A DNA stretch of 46,338 nucleotides. It comes from a virus. Taxonomy: Duplodnaviria > Caudoviricetes. Positions 1-9,044 of the stretch are shown piece after piece (position 1 is the first letter of the stretch; each line of letters opens with the position of its first letter). Position numbers and translations under genes: made by a program. The notes beneath the pieces are model-generated. The model worked only from the letters and a program-made list of their open reading frames with translations. It was not told the origin of the DNA and did not search any database. Location: positions 1 through 46,338 of IMG/VR virus record IMGVR_UViG_3300048819_000060. One strand, given 5' to 3'.

Positions 1-315
1 GACCGGCGCATCCTTGGCGTCGGTGAACATCTCTCCATGATGCTCGCAACCGGCGAGATCGCCGGGGCGCCGGCCCAGGCCATTCGTGAACTGCAAGAAA
101 TGCCGCTCGCTTTGCTGGATTTGGCGGGTGACGCTACCGTTTTGCTGCAAAGTCGTCGGCAAGTGGCTGTCCCAACCGTGCTGGCTCTTTCGTGCGCAGC
201 CGGCGCCCTGCTTTTCGCCGGCGCGCAGTCGATCGGCTTCGGCGAATCGGCACTCGGCAGCGGCGAACTCGTCGTCGCGGCGGCATTGGCGATCTGGGCC
301 TCCACTGGTCCGTAA
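1..315 (+). CDS. Partial hypothetical protein (5' end outside window), hydrophobic C-terminus
   Basis: The frame is open from base 1 (DRRILGVGEHLSMMLATGE...) to TAA at 313-315, followed by a non-coding repeat-containing gap. No family recognised. Confidence 0.4.
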   Translation, partial: DRRILGVGEHLSMMLATGEIAGAPAQAIRELQEMPLALLDLAGDATVLLQSRRQVAVPTVLALSCAAGALLFAGAQSIGFGESALGSGELVVAAALAIWASTGP

Positions 316-350
316 CTGATCCGCCACTAATCCCCGGGAACAACGTTATT

Positions 351-437
351 TGACGGACCGACGTATTGACGTACTGATTTATTGCCGCCAATCATGGTGG
401 GTTATTTACGTCATGACGGAAATAGCTATTAGCGTCA
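351..437. repeat. 8-bp periodic repeat array (centromere/operator-like), copy 1
   Basis: Units tgacggac cgacgtat tgacgtac tgatttat tgccgcca (351-390) and ttacgtca tgacggaa atagctat tagcgtca (406-437), in the gap upstream of the early operon. Confidence 0.65.
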
Positions 438-454
438 AACGAAGGGCTCCCTCC

Positions 455-832
455 ATGAAGCGCCGTGCGGCAGAACCTGCCGTCTACACCACCCTGACGC
501 GGGTCAGCGGTGACGATACCGACGAACTGGACGTGGTGATCGCGTTCGAGGTCACCCGTTACAGCCCCGGTTGCCCAGCTTGTTACTACCAAAGGAACGG
601 CGATCCGGGCTGGCCGGCCGAAGCGGCGGAATACGAGACGGCCATCACAGGCATCTCTCTCGACGGCGCGGTCGATGCTGGCGTCGAGCCGCTGACCGAC
701 GCCGAAGTGGCGACGCTTACCGCATGGTTCGAAAGCGACAAGGCGCACGACGCCACCGATGACGCGGTCCGCGAATATTACGACGACGCATATGACCGTT
801 ATTGCGACGAACAGATGGAAAGAAGCCTCTAA
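455..832 (+). CDS. Hypothetical phage protein (125 aa)
   Basis: ATG at 455 lies inside the 350..832 ORF. Acidic protein with a YSPGCPA...GDPGWPAE motif typical of small phage early proteins; stop is 1 nt before the next ATG. Confidence 0.7.
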   Translation: MKRRAAEPAVYTTLTRVSGDDTDELDVVIAFEVTRYSPGCPACYYQRNGDPGWPAEAAEYETAITGISLDGAVDAGVEPLTDAEVATLTAWFESDKAHDATDDAVREYYDDAYDRYCDEQMERSL

Positions 833-833
833 T

Positions 834-1286
834 ATGTCGGAAACACTGGAACGCGCTGTCGGCGACGCGCTGAGCGTGGTTGACCTCGCGGGGCACTGCT
901 CCGCGCTGGCCGCGCTGGTCTCCCCGTCCGCCTATGTGTCGCTCAACGTTGCGACGTCCACGAAAGACGCCTATCTCGGGATCTATCCGAGCGGGATGTC
1001 CGCGCCAGATTACCATCATTTCCGTGGCGAGACGTGGCAGCAGGCGCTCGATAGCGCCTACGTCTGGGCACGCGACTACGGCGCAGTGCACCGCGCCACG
1101 GTGATCCGCACCATGGCGCTGGCGATCATCGACCTGACCGACGAATACGGCACCTGCTCCGCTGGTCTGCTCGCTGGACGGAAGTTTGCCCACGCCGACA
1201 TCACCAGCTTCGCCAAGGCCGCCTGCGCGCGGGCCAGCGAGATGACCGGCAACACGCCGTTTGTCGTCCAGGGAATAATACCTTGA
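834..1286 (+). CDS. Hypothetical phage protein (150 aa)
   Basis: ATG 834 directly follows the upstream stop, and its own stop overlaps the TTG start of the yqaJ-like gene. Confidence 0.7.
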   Translation: MSETLERAVGDALSVVDLAGHCSALAALVSPSAYVSLNVATSTKDAYLGIYPSGMSAPDYHHFRGETWQQALDSAYVWARDYGAVHRATVIRTMALAIIDLTDEYGTCSAGLLAGRKFAHADITSFAKAACARASEMTGNTPFVVQGIIP

Positions 1287-2266
1287 TCACCACCGACATC
1301 CAGGAACACAGCCCTGAGTGGCATGCGATCCGCTCGCGCCATATCGGCGGGTCCGAGATCGCCGGCCTGTTCGGCGTCCAGGCGGAATACCAGATGTCCG
1401 CCTACACCCTGTTCATGGTCAAGTCCGGGCGCATCCCGCCGCCGCCGGTCGATCACTCCCCGGGCTCGCGCGTGTGGTTCGGCACGCGGCTGGAGGCGCA
1501 GATCGCGGGGATGGCCGCCGAGATTTACGGCTGGACCATCAGCAAGGGCGGCTACTGCATCGACGACACGACGCCCGGGATGGCCTGTTCCCTGGATTTC
1601 GTGATCGACGAACCCGGCGAGGAGGAGCGCTTGCTGGGGTTCAGCGGACCCGGCGTGCTCCAGATCAAGAACATCGACATGATCCAGCACAAGCGCGCCT
1701 GGAACAGCGACGAACCGCCCTATCCGGTGCTGCTGCAACTGCAGCACGAGATCGCCTGTCTCGGCGCATCCTGGGGCGTCATCGCCGGCATGGTCGGCGG
1801 CAACCAGCTTCCCGCCTACCGCTACGCCGCCCGCCCTCGGACGATCGCGCTGATCCGCGAGCGCGTCGGCGAGTTCTGGCAGCGCGTCGCCGATCAGCGC
1901 CCGCCCTCGGTCGACGGCTCGAACTCCACCGCCGAGGCACTCGCCGTGCTGTATCCGTCGCTGGAGGACAATCTGCCGATCGACCTGTCGAACGACAACG
2001 AAATGCCAGAGATCTGCGCCGGACTGCTGGTCGCCACCGCTGACCGCAAGAGCGCGGAGGCGAACGAGCAGAGCTACAAGAACCGGCTGGCAGAAAAGAT
2101 GGCCGGGCACAAGCGGGCAATCTGCACCGGCTTTTCGATCAACGGCGTGTTCACCCAGGCCAATCCGGGCAAGCGCGCCGGCGACCTGCCGGCGGACGAG
2201 ATCATCGGCAAACGCAAGGCGTCGGTCTGGTACAAGGTGAAGGAATATCTGGGGGTCGCCGCGTGA
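1283..2266 (+). CDS. YqaJ-like viral recombinase / lambda-type 5'-3' exonuclease
   Basis: N-terminal EWHAIRSRHIGGSEIA, then FGTRLE, CSLDF, LQIKN and YPVLLQLQHE motifs of the YqaJ family; in an operon with RecT. Confidence 0.9.
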   Translation: MITTDIQEHSPEWHAIRSRHIGGSEIAGLFGVQAEYQMSAYTLFMVKSGRIPPPPVDHSPGSRVWFGTRLEAQIAGMAAEIYGWTISKGGYCIDDTTPGMACSLDFVIDEPGEEERLLGFSGPGVLQIKNIDMIQHKRAWNSDEPPYPVLLQLQHEIACLGASWGVIAGMVGGNQLPAYRYAARPRTIALIRERVGEFWQRVADQRPPSVDGSNSTAEALAVLYPSLEDNLPIDLSNDNEMPEICAGLLVATADRKSAEANEQSYKNRLAEKMAGHKRAICTGFSINGVFTQANPGKRAGDLPADEIIGKRKASVWYKVKEYLGVAA

Positions 2267-2868
2267 GCACCCTGGTCTGGGACACAGAAACAACAGGTCT
2301 GCCCGCGTACGACAAGCGCAGCAACGATCCCGCGCAGCCGCATCTGGTGCAGCTCGCGCTCGTTCTGCTGGACGACGCCGGCCGCGAGGTCGAGGCCGTC
2401 TCGGTGATCGTCCGCCCCGACGGCTGGACCATCCCGCCGGAGATGACCGCCATTCACGGCATCTCGCACGAGCAGGCGGTGGCCGAGGGCATCCCGGAGC
2501 GCGCGGCGGCGATGATGTTCGTCGCGATGCAGTCGGTGGCGCGGCTGCGCGTGGCCCACAATGAGACTTTTGACCGTCGCATCCTGCGCATCGCCATGAC
2601 ACGCGCCGGTATCGAGCGTGACATGATCGAAGCGATCGAGGCCCGCGCCTCGTACTGCACCTGCAACGCGGCCAAGCCCATCGTCAACCTGCCGCCGTCG
2701 CCGAGGATGCTGGCGCGCGGGATGAAGGGGCCGAAATCGCCGAAGCTGGCAGAATGCTATCTCCATTTCTTCGGCGAACCTCTGAGCGGGGCGCATGACG
2801 CGCTGATCGACGCAAGAGCGTGCGCCCGGCTTTACGGCGCGCTACAGCAACAAGGAGCAGCAGCTTGA
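2263..2868 (+). CDS. DEDDh 3'-5' exonuclease (DnaQ/epsilon-like)
   Basis: ExoI WDTETTG, ExoII VAHNETFD, ExoIII AHDALIDA; GTGA overlap with the upstream gene. Confidence 0.92.
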   Translation: MSTLVWDTETTGLPAYDKRSNDPAQPHLVQLALVLLDDAGREVEAVSVIVRPDGWTIPPEMTAIHGISHEQAVAEGIPERAAAMMFVAMQSVARLRVAHNETFDRRILRIAMTRAGIERDMIEAIEARASYCTCNAAKPIVNLPPSPRMLARGMKGPKSPKLAECYLHFFGEPLSGAHDALIDARACARLYGALQQQGAAA

Positions 2869-4253
2869 GCGACGGACCACCGAACTGGGACGACATCCCG
2901 CCGGCTGACTATGGCCAGCCGTCCGGCGGCGGTGGCGGCAATCGGGGCGGCAAGAAGCCTCGCCCGCCCGCGATGACGGCGCAGGAGATGGCCACCGCCT
3001 CGGGCGACTTCTATGCGTGGCTCGAAACCGCCGCGACGCAGGCGCAGTTGAAGGTGGTCCTGCCCGATCACGTCGATCTGCCGCTGTTCATCGCGACCGC
3101 GAAGACCGCCGTTCTGACCAAGCCGCAGCTTCTGCGCGAGAACATGCGCCCGTCGCTGCTGGTGGCGATCATGAAGGCGGCCAGCCAGGGTCTGCTGCCC
3201 GACGGCAAGCAAGGCGCGCTGGTGCCGCGCTACGACAACGAGGCCGGCGGCTACATCGTCGCATGGCAACCGATGGTGCAGGGCATCATCAAACTCGGCC
3301 GGGAAACCGGCGCGATCAAGTCGATCCGCGCGATGATCGTCTTCCGCGGCGAGAACTTCCACGTCCTCGGCGGCGAGGAGGACCGGATCCAGCACGAAAT
3401 CGATATCGACATCGTCGATGAAGCCTACGCAGCGCTGAACGGCGGGCGTGACAACCACGGCAACCCGATCGCCCGACCGGCGGAGTTTTTCGCCCGGGTG
3501 CGCGCCGCCTACTGCTTCATCACCGGGGTCGATGGGACCGTGACGCGGCGGTACATGCCGCACCAGCGCCTTGTCAGCCTATGGGAAAGCAGCAAGGCGG
3601 CGAACGGCCCGTGGAATTCGCGCTGGATCGACGAGATGATCCTGAAGGGCGTGATCCTTTACACGGCGAAATGGATCAACCTCGACAGCGAGAGCGCGCC
3701 GGCGAAGCGTTTCAACGCCGCGCTGATGACCGACATGGAGATCGATTTCGACCGCCAGGGCCAGCTTACTGCCCCGGTGGCGCAGCCGCAGGCCGCTCTC
3801 CCGGCACCCGGGGACAAGCTGTCGACGCTCGAAGACGCCATCATGGGGAGGGTGACGAACAAGACGGTCAAGCCGCGCGAGACGGTTGCCAGTGGGTCGA
3901 ATAATCCCAGCGGGTCGAAGCCGGCGACCGCCAAGCCACGCGAACCGCCAGCCGGCGATACGGATTTCCTGCCGCGCGTGCTTGCCGTACTCGAGCGCGA
4001 GGGGAGCGGACGCGCCTGGATGAACGCGCTGACCGCCGCGACGATCGCCTGCCCGACAGCGGGCGAGCTGGGCGAGATCCGCAAGGCGGCGTCAGTGGTG
4101 GCCAACCTCAAGGACGCCCCGCCGGAGGTGCGCCCGCAGATCGCGGCACTGTTCGTCGCCGCCGCGCAGCGGCTGGCCGAACCGCAATCCGATGGCGCGG
4201 AGGACGGCGCCTGGAACGACCCCGCAGCAGAAATCAAAGGGAAAGCCGCCTGA
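2865..4253 (+). CDS. recT: RecT-family single-strand annealing protein with long C-terminal extension (462 aa)
   Basis: SLLVAIMKAASQGLLPDG..GALVP, WQPMVQGIIKL and GPWNSRWIDEMILKGVI match RecT. The TTG start at 2865 follows AAGGAG and overlaps the upstream TGA. Confidence 0.85.
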   Translation: MSDGPPNWDDIPPADYGQPSGGGGGNRGGKKPRPPAMTAQEMATASGDFYAWLETAATQAQLKVVLPDHVDLPLFIATAKTAVLTKPQLLRENMRPSLLVAIMKAASQGLLPDGKQGALVPRYDNEAGGYIVAWQPMVQGIIKLGRETGAIKSIRAMIVFRGENFHVLGGEEDRIQHEIDIDIVDEAYAALNGGRDNHGNPIARPAEFFARVRAAYCFITGVDGTVTRRYMPHQRLVSLWESSKAANGPWNSRWIDEMILKGVILYTAKWINLDSESAPAKRFNAALMTDMEIDFDRQGQLTAPVAQPQAALPAPGDKLSTLEDAIMGRVTNKTVKPRETVASGSNNPSGSKPATAKPREPPAGDTDFLPRVLAVLEREGSGRAWMNALTAATIACPTAGELGEIRKAASVVANLKDAPPEVRPQIAALFVAAAQRLAEPQSDGAEDGAWNDPAAEIKGKAA

Positions 4254-4483
4254 TGGCCAAGATCATCGTCCTGAAGATCGAGATCCCGGCCGACGACGAC
4301 GTGCGGGTCGATGGCGTCAAGGGTGTCGTCCTGGGCGCGCTCCGCGCGCTCGGGAAGCGCCAGTCGGACCCCGGCGAAGGCCAGTCCACAATCGAACATG
4401 CGACGTTCTTCGATGCGGCGTCGGTCAAGTTCTGGACCCAACCGACGGCCGCCGAGAAGAAGAAGCCGAAAACGCCGGTGTGA
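4253..4483 (+). CDS. Hypothetical protein (76 aa)
   Basis: TGATG coupling to recT; ends just before a hairpin. Confidence 0.65.
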   Translation: MAKIIVLKIEIPADDDVRVDGVKGVVLGALRALGKRQSDPGEGQSTIEHATFFDAASVKFWTQPTAAEKKKPKTPV

Positions 4484-4486
4484 TGG

Positions 4487-4516
4487 CCGCCGCAATTTCG
4501 CGGCGGAATTAATTGT
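4487..4516 (+). terminator. Possible intrinsic terminator of the recombination operon
   Basis: Stem ccgccgc (4487-4493) / gcggcgg (4500-4506) with a 6-nt loop, followed by AT-rich aattaattgt rather than a clean U-tract. Confidence 0.4.
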
Positions 4517-4548
4517 TGACGGACTGACGTGGCTACGCGAGGACGTCA
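4517..4548. repeat. 8-bp periodic repeat array upstream of parA (operator/centromere), copy 2
   Basis: tgacggac tgacgtgg ctacgcga ggacgtca, directly before the parA ATG and overlapping a TTGACG -35-like hexamer. Confidence 0.7.
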
Positions 4549-4552
4549 CACT

Positions 4553-5182
4553 ATGAGCCAGACCAGAGTTGTCGCGTTTCTCAGCCAGAAGGGCGGCACG
4601 GGCAAGACAACCCTGGCGGTTCACACCGCCGTCGCCGCGCAAGAGGCCGGCAGGCGTGTCGTCCTGCTCGACACCGACCCGCAGAAATCCGCCGGCGCAT
4701 GGCGCGACGCGCGCGGCGGTGCGGATCCGGTGGTGGCCACGGCCACAGCCTCCGAGATGGACCGGGTAATAGACGCGGCGATGGCCGACCGGATGGATCT
4801 GATCATTGTCGATACCGCGCCGCACGCCACACCCGATGCCGCCAGCATCGCCCGCAGGGCGCATCTCGTGCTGATCCCATGCCGGCCTAGCGCCTTCGAC
4901 CTTGCCGCCGCCGGCAGCGCCGTGGCGATCGTCAAGGCCGCTGGGGTCTCCGCGGCCTTCGTGCTGTCCGCATGTCCCTTCCGGGCGCCGGAGATCGCCG
5001 AGGCGCGGAAGGCATTGAAGCGTTACGGCATTCCGGTGGCGCGTGCCGAGATAACCGAGCGACGGGCGTTCGCGCGCGCGGTGGCAAGCGGGCGAGCGGT
5101 CACCGAATTTGAAGCCGACGGCCGGGCCGCAGCCGAAATACGCGCGTTGTGGAAGTGGATGGAGAAGGAATTGCGGACTTGA
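4553..5182 (+). CDS. parA: ParA/ParF-type partition ATPase (type Ib, short)
   Basis: Deviant Walker A SQKGGTGKTT, LLDTDPQ, IIVDTAP and IPCRPSAFD; about 209 aa with no N-terminal HTH; ATG 4553 after GAGGA. Confidence 0.93.
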   Translation: MSQTRVVAFLSQKGGTGKTTLAVHTAVAAQEAGRRVVLLDTDPQKSAGAWRDARGGADPVVATATASEMDRVIDAAMADRMDLIIVDTAPHATPDAASIARRAHLVLIPCRPSAFDLAAAGSAVAIVKAAGVSAAFVLSACPFRAPEIAEARKALKRYGIPVARAEITERRAFARAVASGRAVTEFEADGRAAAEIRALWKWMEKELRT

Positions 5183-5442
5183 CCACGAAACCGAAACCGA
5201 CCGGGCTGGCGAGCTTCACCACTCTCAAGCCGGTGCCGAAGCAGGCCGCCGAAGCGGCTGGCGCGCGCAAAAAGCGAGGGCAGGGGGCGACCGTCTCCCT
5301 GACTGTGCGGGTGGCGCGGGCCGACTGGGTGCGCCTGCGCCAGCTTGCCGATGCCGAGGGCACCTCGGTTCAGGAGATTACCATGGAAGGTTTCACAAAA
5401 GTCATGGTCGCACGCGGATTGCCGCCGATTGAAGGCTTGTGA
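5179..5442 (+). CDS. Ribbon-helix-helix centromere-binding protein (ParG/CopG-like)
   Basis: TTG start overlaps the parA TGA. Flexible basic N-terminus, then beta strand VSLTVRV and two helices (DWVRLRQLADAEGTSVQEITMEGF). Confidence 0.8.
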   Translation: MTTKPKPTGLASFTTLKPVPKQAAEAAGARKKRGQGATVSLTVRVARADWVRLRQLADAEGTSVQEITMEGFTKVMVARGLPPIEGL

Positions 5443-5487
5443 CGTCGTGACGTGGTGACGGATTAGCGTCATGGCGCTTTGGCGTTC
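5440..5487. repeat. 8-bp periodic repeat array downstream of the partition operon, copy 3
   Basis: tgacgtcg tgacgtgg tgacggat tagcgtca tggcgctt tggcgttc, starting at the RHH gene stop codon. Confidence 0.75.
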
Positions 5488-5747
5488 TTGGGTTTCCTGG
5501 CGGGTCGGGTGGCCGGCTCCTTGAAAACCAGGCCGCGCCCGACTTGCTGGCGCAGTAGCATGAGCTGCTGCGCGTCTTCGATAGACGCCACCAAGATCAA
5601 GTCGGCGTCTGGCGGCAAGAGCGCTTCGACGGCCCGACGGATCGATGCCTTGCCGCGTGCTGTCTTGCACCCCTCTGCGATCGCGGCATCGGCCAGACCA
5701 GGATCCATCGTCTCGATCATGATCAGCGCCGCAAATTTGTTAGGCAT
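5469..5747 (-). CDS. Hypothetical protein (92 aa)
   Basis: ATG preceded by AAGGGA; globular-looking composition; convergent with the par operon. Confidence 0.6.
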   Translation of the reverse strand: MPNKFAALIMIETMDPGLADAAIAEGCKTARGKASIRRAVEALLPPDADLILVASIEDAQQLMLLRQQVGRGLVFKEPATRPARKPKNAKAP

Positions 5748-5790
5748 TTAGGTAATTCCCTTGCGCAAAAAGCCACCCGCGGATTTAGGT

Positions 5791-6015
5791 CTATGGTTCG
5801 GCCCGGGAAATGTGCTCCGGGCGCAACGGGCCGGCTTCGGTCAGCGCCTGATGCGCCACTTGAAGCGTACGGATGATCTCGCCCACCATCGCTGGCGTCG
5901 GTAGATCGCTGACCAGAAGGGAAAAATACTCGCCGCCGCACAGTGTGCCGCGCAGCATCTCATGCGACGGGAACGATTGTCCTCTGCTATCTTCACGAGC
6001 GTCTAACATTGGCAA
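5791..6015 (-). CDS. Hypothetical protein (74 aa)
   Basis: Short ORF downstream of an AT-rich promoter-like tract (about 6010-6120). Confidence 0.45.
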   Translation of the reverse strand: MPMLDAREDSRGQSFPSHEMLRGTLCGGEYFSLLVSDLPTPAMVGEIIRTLQVAHQALTEAGPLRPEHISRAEP

Positions 6016-6165
6016 TATCTACCCAAAGTTGTATTTCATGATTCTTTCTTACTCATAAGTGATATCGATAGTACCGCAGTTCCACTGCTTAGGCTGTAAA
6101 AGCCCGGTGAAACATGACAACCGTCAAATGACGGATCTTTGGGAGGCGCGACGTTACCGTCTTTG

Positions 6166-7110
6166 TCAGCCGCCGGCAAAGATGATCCAGTTGTCGACCT
6201 GCACCGGCGGCATATTCTGCGACGCGCCGGTCAACCCCGAGGTGACGGTGGTCGTGACCGTCGCCGAAAGCGAGATCCCGGTGTAGCCGGTCGCGGTGGC
6301 AAGCGTGCTGCTCGATGGCGCGCTGGTGGTGGCATCCAGGCCCGAGGTGTGCCCGCCGGTCGCCGCGGTGGCGGTGATGGTGTTGTGGACGTGCCCGGGG
6401 TCGGTGACCGCGACGTTCGGTGTGCTGGTGGCGGTCAGCGTATCCTGCTGGGCGTTCTGGCTTCCGCCGGTGGAGCCGACGACAATCGCATTGACCCCTG
6501 ACACCGCGTTGGTGACGTTGCCAGCGGCAGACCCGCCCATGTTGTCGGCGCCGATCGACGCGCGGCCGCGCTTGTCGGGCACATTGAAGCTGCTCGACCC
6601 GTCGCCGTTGCCGTAGGCGGTGCCGATGGCGGCGAACAGCGGCGCGTAGGCGGTGCGTGAAACCGCCTGGCCGTAGCAGAGCAGCCAGCCAGCCGGCGCC
6701 GTCGTACCGCCGTAGGCCATCTGCACGCCGACCGGCACCCCGCCCAGCGTCGCCTCATACTGCGACAGAGCCGCCAGGATAGCGCTTTGCGGCGAGACCA
6801 CGTTGTCGATGGTCCAGAACGGATTGGTCGGCGGGTCCGTATCGGTCGCTGGCGCCAGGACAAACTTGTAGGCCAGCGTCGGGTCCAGCCACATGCCACA
6901 GGACGAGCCGGTGGCGGACGGCGCCACTTCGCCGCGGGCGTTGAGCACGATCGGGTCGGGCAGGGCGGTGCCACCCGATGCGTCGGTGAATGGCGGCTGC
7001 TTCGTCACCGTGCCGGAGGCATAGACGAAGAGCAGGCCGCCCGAGAGCGGATTGCCGCTGTTGTCGGTGTATTGTTGTACTGGCGCGGGGGCGAGGATCA
7101 TCGTGGTCAT
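6166..7110 (-). CDS. Tail fibre with virion-attachment N-terminus and tail-collar domain (P22 gp9 position)
   Basis: ATG 7110 (ATGA overlap). N-terminus QQYTDNSGNPLSGGLLFVYASGT...PIVLNARGE resembles podovirus tailspike head-binding regions; collar motif PVGVQMAYGGTTAPAGWLLCYGQAVSRTAYAPLFAAIGTAYGNGDGSSSFNVPD; C-terminal NMPP...WIIF. Confidence 0.88.
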   Translation of the reverse strand: MTTMILAPAPVQQYTDNSGNPLSGGLLFVYASGTVTKQPPFTDASGGTALPDPIVLNARGEVAPSATGSSCGMWLDPTLAYKFVLAPATDTDPPTNPFWTIDNVVSPQSAILAALSQYEATLGGVPVGVQMAYGGTTAPAGWLLCYGQAVSRTAYAPLFAAIGTAYGNGDGSSSFNVPDKRGRASIGADNMGGSAAGNVTNAVSGVNAIVVGSTGGSQNAQQDTLTATSTPNVAVTDPGHVHNTITATAATGGHTSGLDATTSAPSSSTLATATGYTGISLSATVTTTVTSGLTGASQNMPPVQVDNWIIFAGG

Positions 7111-8432
7111 AGTTGCATGTCCATCAGGTAGCCGGCGGCGTGAAATGCCCCGAGGTGGTCCCGGACCTTCTGTCCGATGTCGGTGCGAAACATCCGGTTC
7201 GGAAAGCGGATATGGTCGATGGTGCCGTAGACCCGCTCCTGGGCCTTGCCGACCGTCTTGCCGAGGCCGGTCGCCACCAGCACGTATTCGCCGGCGGTCT
7301 GATAGGTCGGCCGCTCGACCACGCGGCCGTCCTCCATCACCGGGCCTTTGCCCATCATCGCCTCGACCAGATGCACATCGGCCAGCACGTCCTCGACGCC
7401 GGCGATCGGCACCCCCTCGACCAGTTCCGGTGGCGAATTGTTGTAAGGGTATCGCGGCTGCGCCATGACCACGCCGATCGCCACGTCGTTTGAGACTTTC
7501 AGCGTGTCTTTGCCGGCGAGCAAATCCCGCATCCACTTGGCCGGGTCGCCGCGGTGCGATGCCGACTGGATCCACCACGCGGGGTAACCGCAACGGGCGG
7601 TAAATTCGAGCGGCCACGCCTTGCCCTTCTTGTCGAGCATGGCGCCGATGGCGAAGTCGCCGCGATGGCCGAGGGTGCGCAGGATCGCCTCGAACGGCAG
7701 CAGCATTTCTTCGGCGAGCTTGTCGCGGGTGCAGTATTGCGTCACCGAACCCTGCTCTCCCGTGGCAGGCCCGACGTCTTCATTCATCAGGGGCTTGTGC
7801 TCGATACAGACCTGGAATTTCTCCGGCAGAAACCCCTCCGGCCCCATCCAGCCCGACACGCCGATCTCTTCCAGCCGGTCGACCTTCTCTTGCAGCATGC
7901 ACGGGCCTTTGAGCTGCTTGCCTATCCCGATCTGCCGGCGCAGCCAGCCGACCATATCGGCCGGGTCTTTGGCGACGTAGGTCAGGGTTTTATCCGGCTC
8001 TGAACCGAGCGGTTTGTGCGCCCAGGCGCGGTCTGACTTGCGCGCGAATGCCTCGGCGTCCTCCAGGCTGTTGAAGGTCTGGTAGGGCGGAATATCGATG
8101 CCGACCGCCCGCATCGCCTCCATGCCCGCCGCGCGGTCAATTTCGAGGCGGGCGGATGCCACCGTCGGCGAGAAAACCTTGAAGCCGAAATCGGTCCGGT
8201 AGCGATCCAGCTCCCAGAGATAGCGGTTGTTCGCCGTGTTGAAGATCAGCCCGTCTTTCGCCCAGGCCATGTGCGGCTTGTAGTCGTCGACCAGGGTTAT
8301 ACCGGCGATGCCCTCGGCGTAGCGGGTCGGCTTTGCAGAGTAGCGGAACAGCCTGACCTCATGGCCGGCGGCAACGCATCGCATGCAGAAGTCGAGGCCA
8401 ACCGCGTCAGTGTCGATGACAAGGACGCGCAC
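7107..8432 (-). CDS. PurD (GAR synthetase)-like ATP-grasp ligase
   Basis: SARLEIDR, IPPYQTFNSLEDAEAF, LQEKV..EEI, EHKPLMNEDVGPATGEQGSV, LEFTARCGYP, VATGLG and FRTDIG follow the PurD fold pattern in diverged form. Confidence 0.8.
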   Translation of the reverse strand: MRVLVIDTDAVGLDFCMRCVAAGHEVRLFRYSAKPTRYAEGIAGITLVDDYKPHMAWAKDGLIFNTANNRYLWELDRYRTDFGFKVFSPTVASARLEIDRAAGMEAMRAVGIDIPPYQTFNSLEDAEAFARKSDRAWAHKPLGSEPDKTLTYVAKDPADMVGWLRRQIGIGKQLKGPCMLQEKVDRLEEIGVSGWMGPEGFLPEKFQVCIEHKPLMNEDVGPATGEQGSVTQYCTRDKLAEEMLLPFEAILRTLGHRGDFAIGAMLDKKGKAWPLEFTARCGYPAWWIQSASHRGDPAKWMRDLLAGKDTLKVSNDVAIGVVMAQPRYPYNNSPPELVEGVPIAGVEDVLADVHLVEAMMGKGPVMEDGRVVERPTYQTAGEYVLVATGLGKTVGKAQERVYGTIDHIRFPNRMFRTDIGQKVRDHLGAFHAAGYLMDMQL

Positions 8433-8836
8433 TAGCTGACTACCCCGTAATCGAACTTGCCGAGGAACAACGCGACCAGATGCTCGACCAGGCAGGCTTG
8501 CCTGTGCTGGACACGATACGGCGCGCCCGGGTCGTCGCCCGGCTCGTCATCGGGGCCGTGCTTGCCAACTTCGCGCTCCGCCTCGAACAAGTTGTCGAAC
8601 GCATCGACGGCGCCCTCGGTAATGCCCGCTTTGAACGCCAGCCGCGCCTCGACCAGCTCGTGGATCGCCACGAGGAACTTCTCTTCCTCGTCCCACACGT
8701 CCGCGCCCGCGACCTTGATGTGGATGTCCGCCGTTGTACGGTCGAAATACCAGTCGCCGCAGCCTTCCGTGCGGTAAGCGGCGAGCCGCATTTCTTCTGG
8801 CGGGACGGCTTCGATAATGATACGTGTCGATTTCAC
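8432..8836 (-). CDS. Small zincin-like metalloprotein (HExxE)
   Basis: CGDW, LVAIHELVE and EPGDDPGAPYRVQH motifs; its stop overlaps the GTG of the ATP-grasp gene. Confidence 0.65.
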   Translation of the reverse strand: MKSTRIIIEAVPPEEMRLAAYRTEGCGDWYFDRTTADIHIKVAGADVWDEEEKFLVAIHELVEARLAFKAGITEGAVDAFDNLFEAEREVGKHGPDDEPGDDPGAPYRVQHRQACLVEHLVALFLGKFDYGVVS

Positions 8837-8853
8837 TTACATTTCCCCGATGA

Positions 8854-8881
8854 ATACTATGGTGTTATTGCCCGATGTCAC
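8854..8881 (-). promoter_or_regulatory. Possible sigma70-like promoter for the zincin/ATP-grasp/tail-collar genes
   Basis: Minus strand GTGACA-16 nt-TAGTAT in an AT-richer gap just upstream of the 8836 start. Confidence 0.35.
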
Positions 8882-9044
8882 AAGATAGCCTTGCTTACGT
8901 CGCCCTGAAGGGCGGTTGTCTTGGCCTGTGGGTGGCGTGGTTGCACGCCTCGCGCGCCCGCAAGGCGCGCCGTATCGCCGCCGGTCTGCCCAGCATGACG
9001 GAGCGCCTGGGCTGGCAGGTCGCACGCTACTGGCACGATCTCCG

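Noticed and set aside
351-437. Possible CRISPR array or iterons in the short repeat tracts
   Set aside because: Units are 8 bp, degenerate and contiguous with no spacers, there are no cas genes, and the tracts are not adjacent to the rep gene.
7107-8432. Calling this gene purD, an auxiliary purine-synthesis gene
   Set aside because: The fold is similar, but the N-terminal GxGGREH-type motif is absent and there is no pur context, so no symbol is assigned.
8940-9040. GC-rich stems between the 929 aa gene and the zincin gene as an ncRNA
   Set aside because: Only a 7-bp stem (8952-8970) is clear, which is expected by chance at this GC content, and it does not match the three-copy leader motif.
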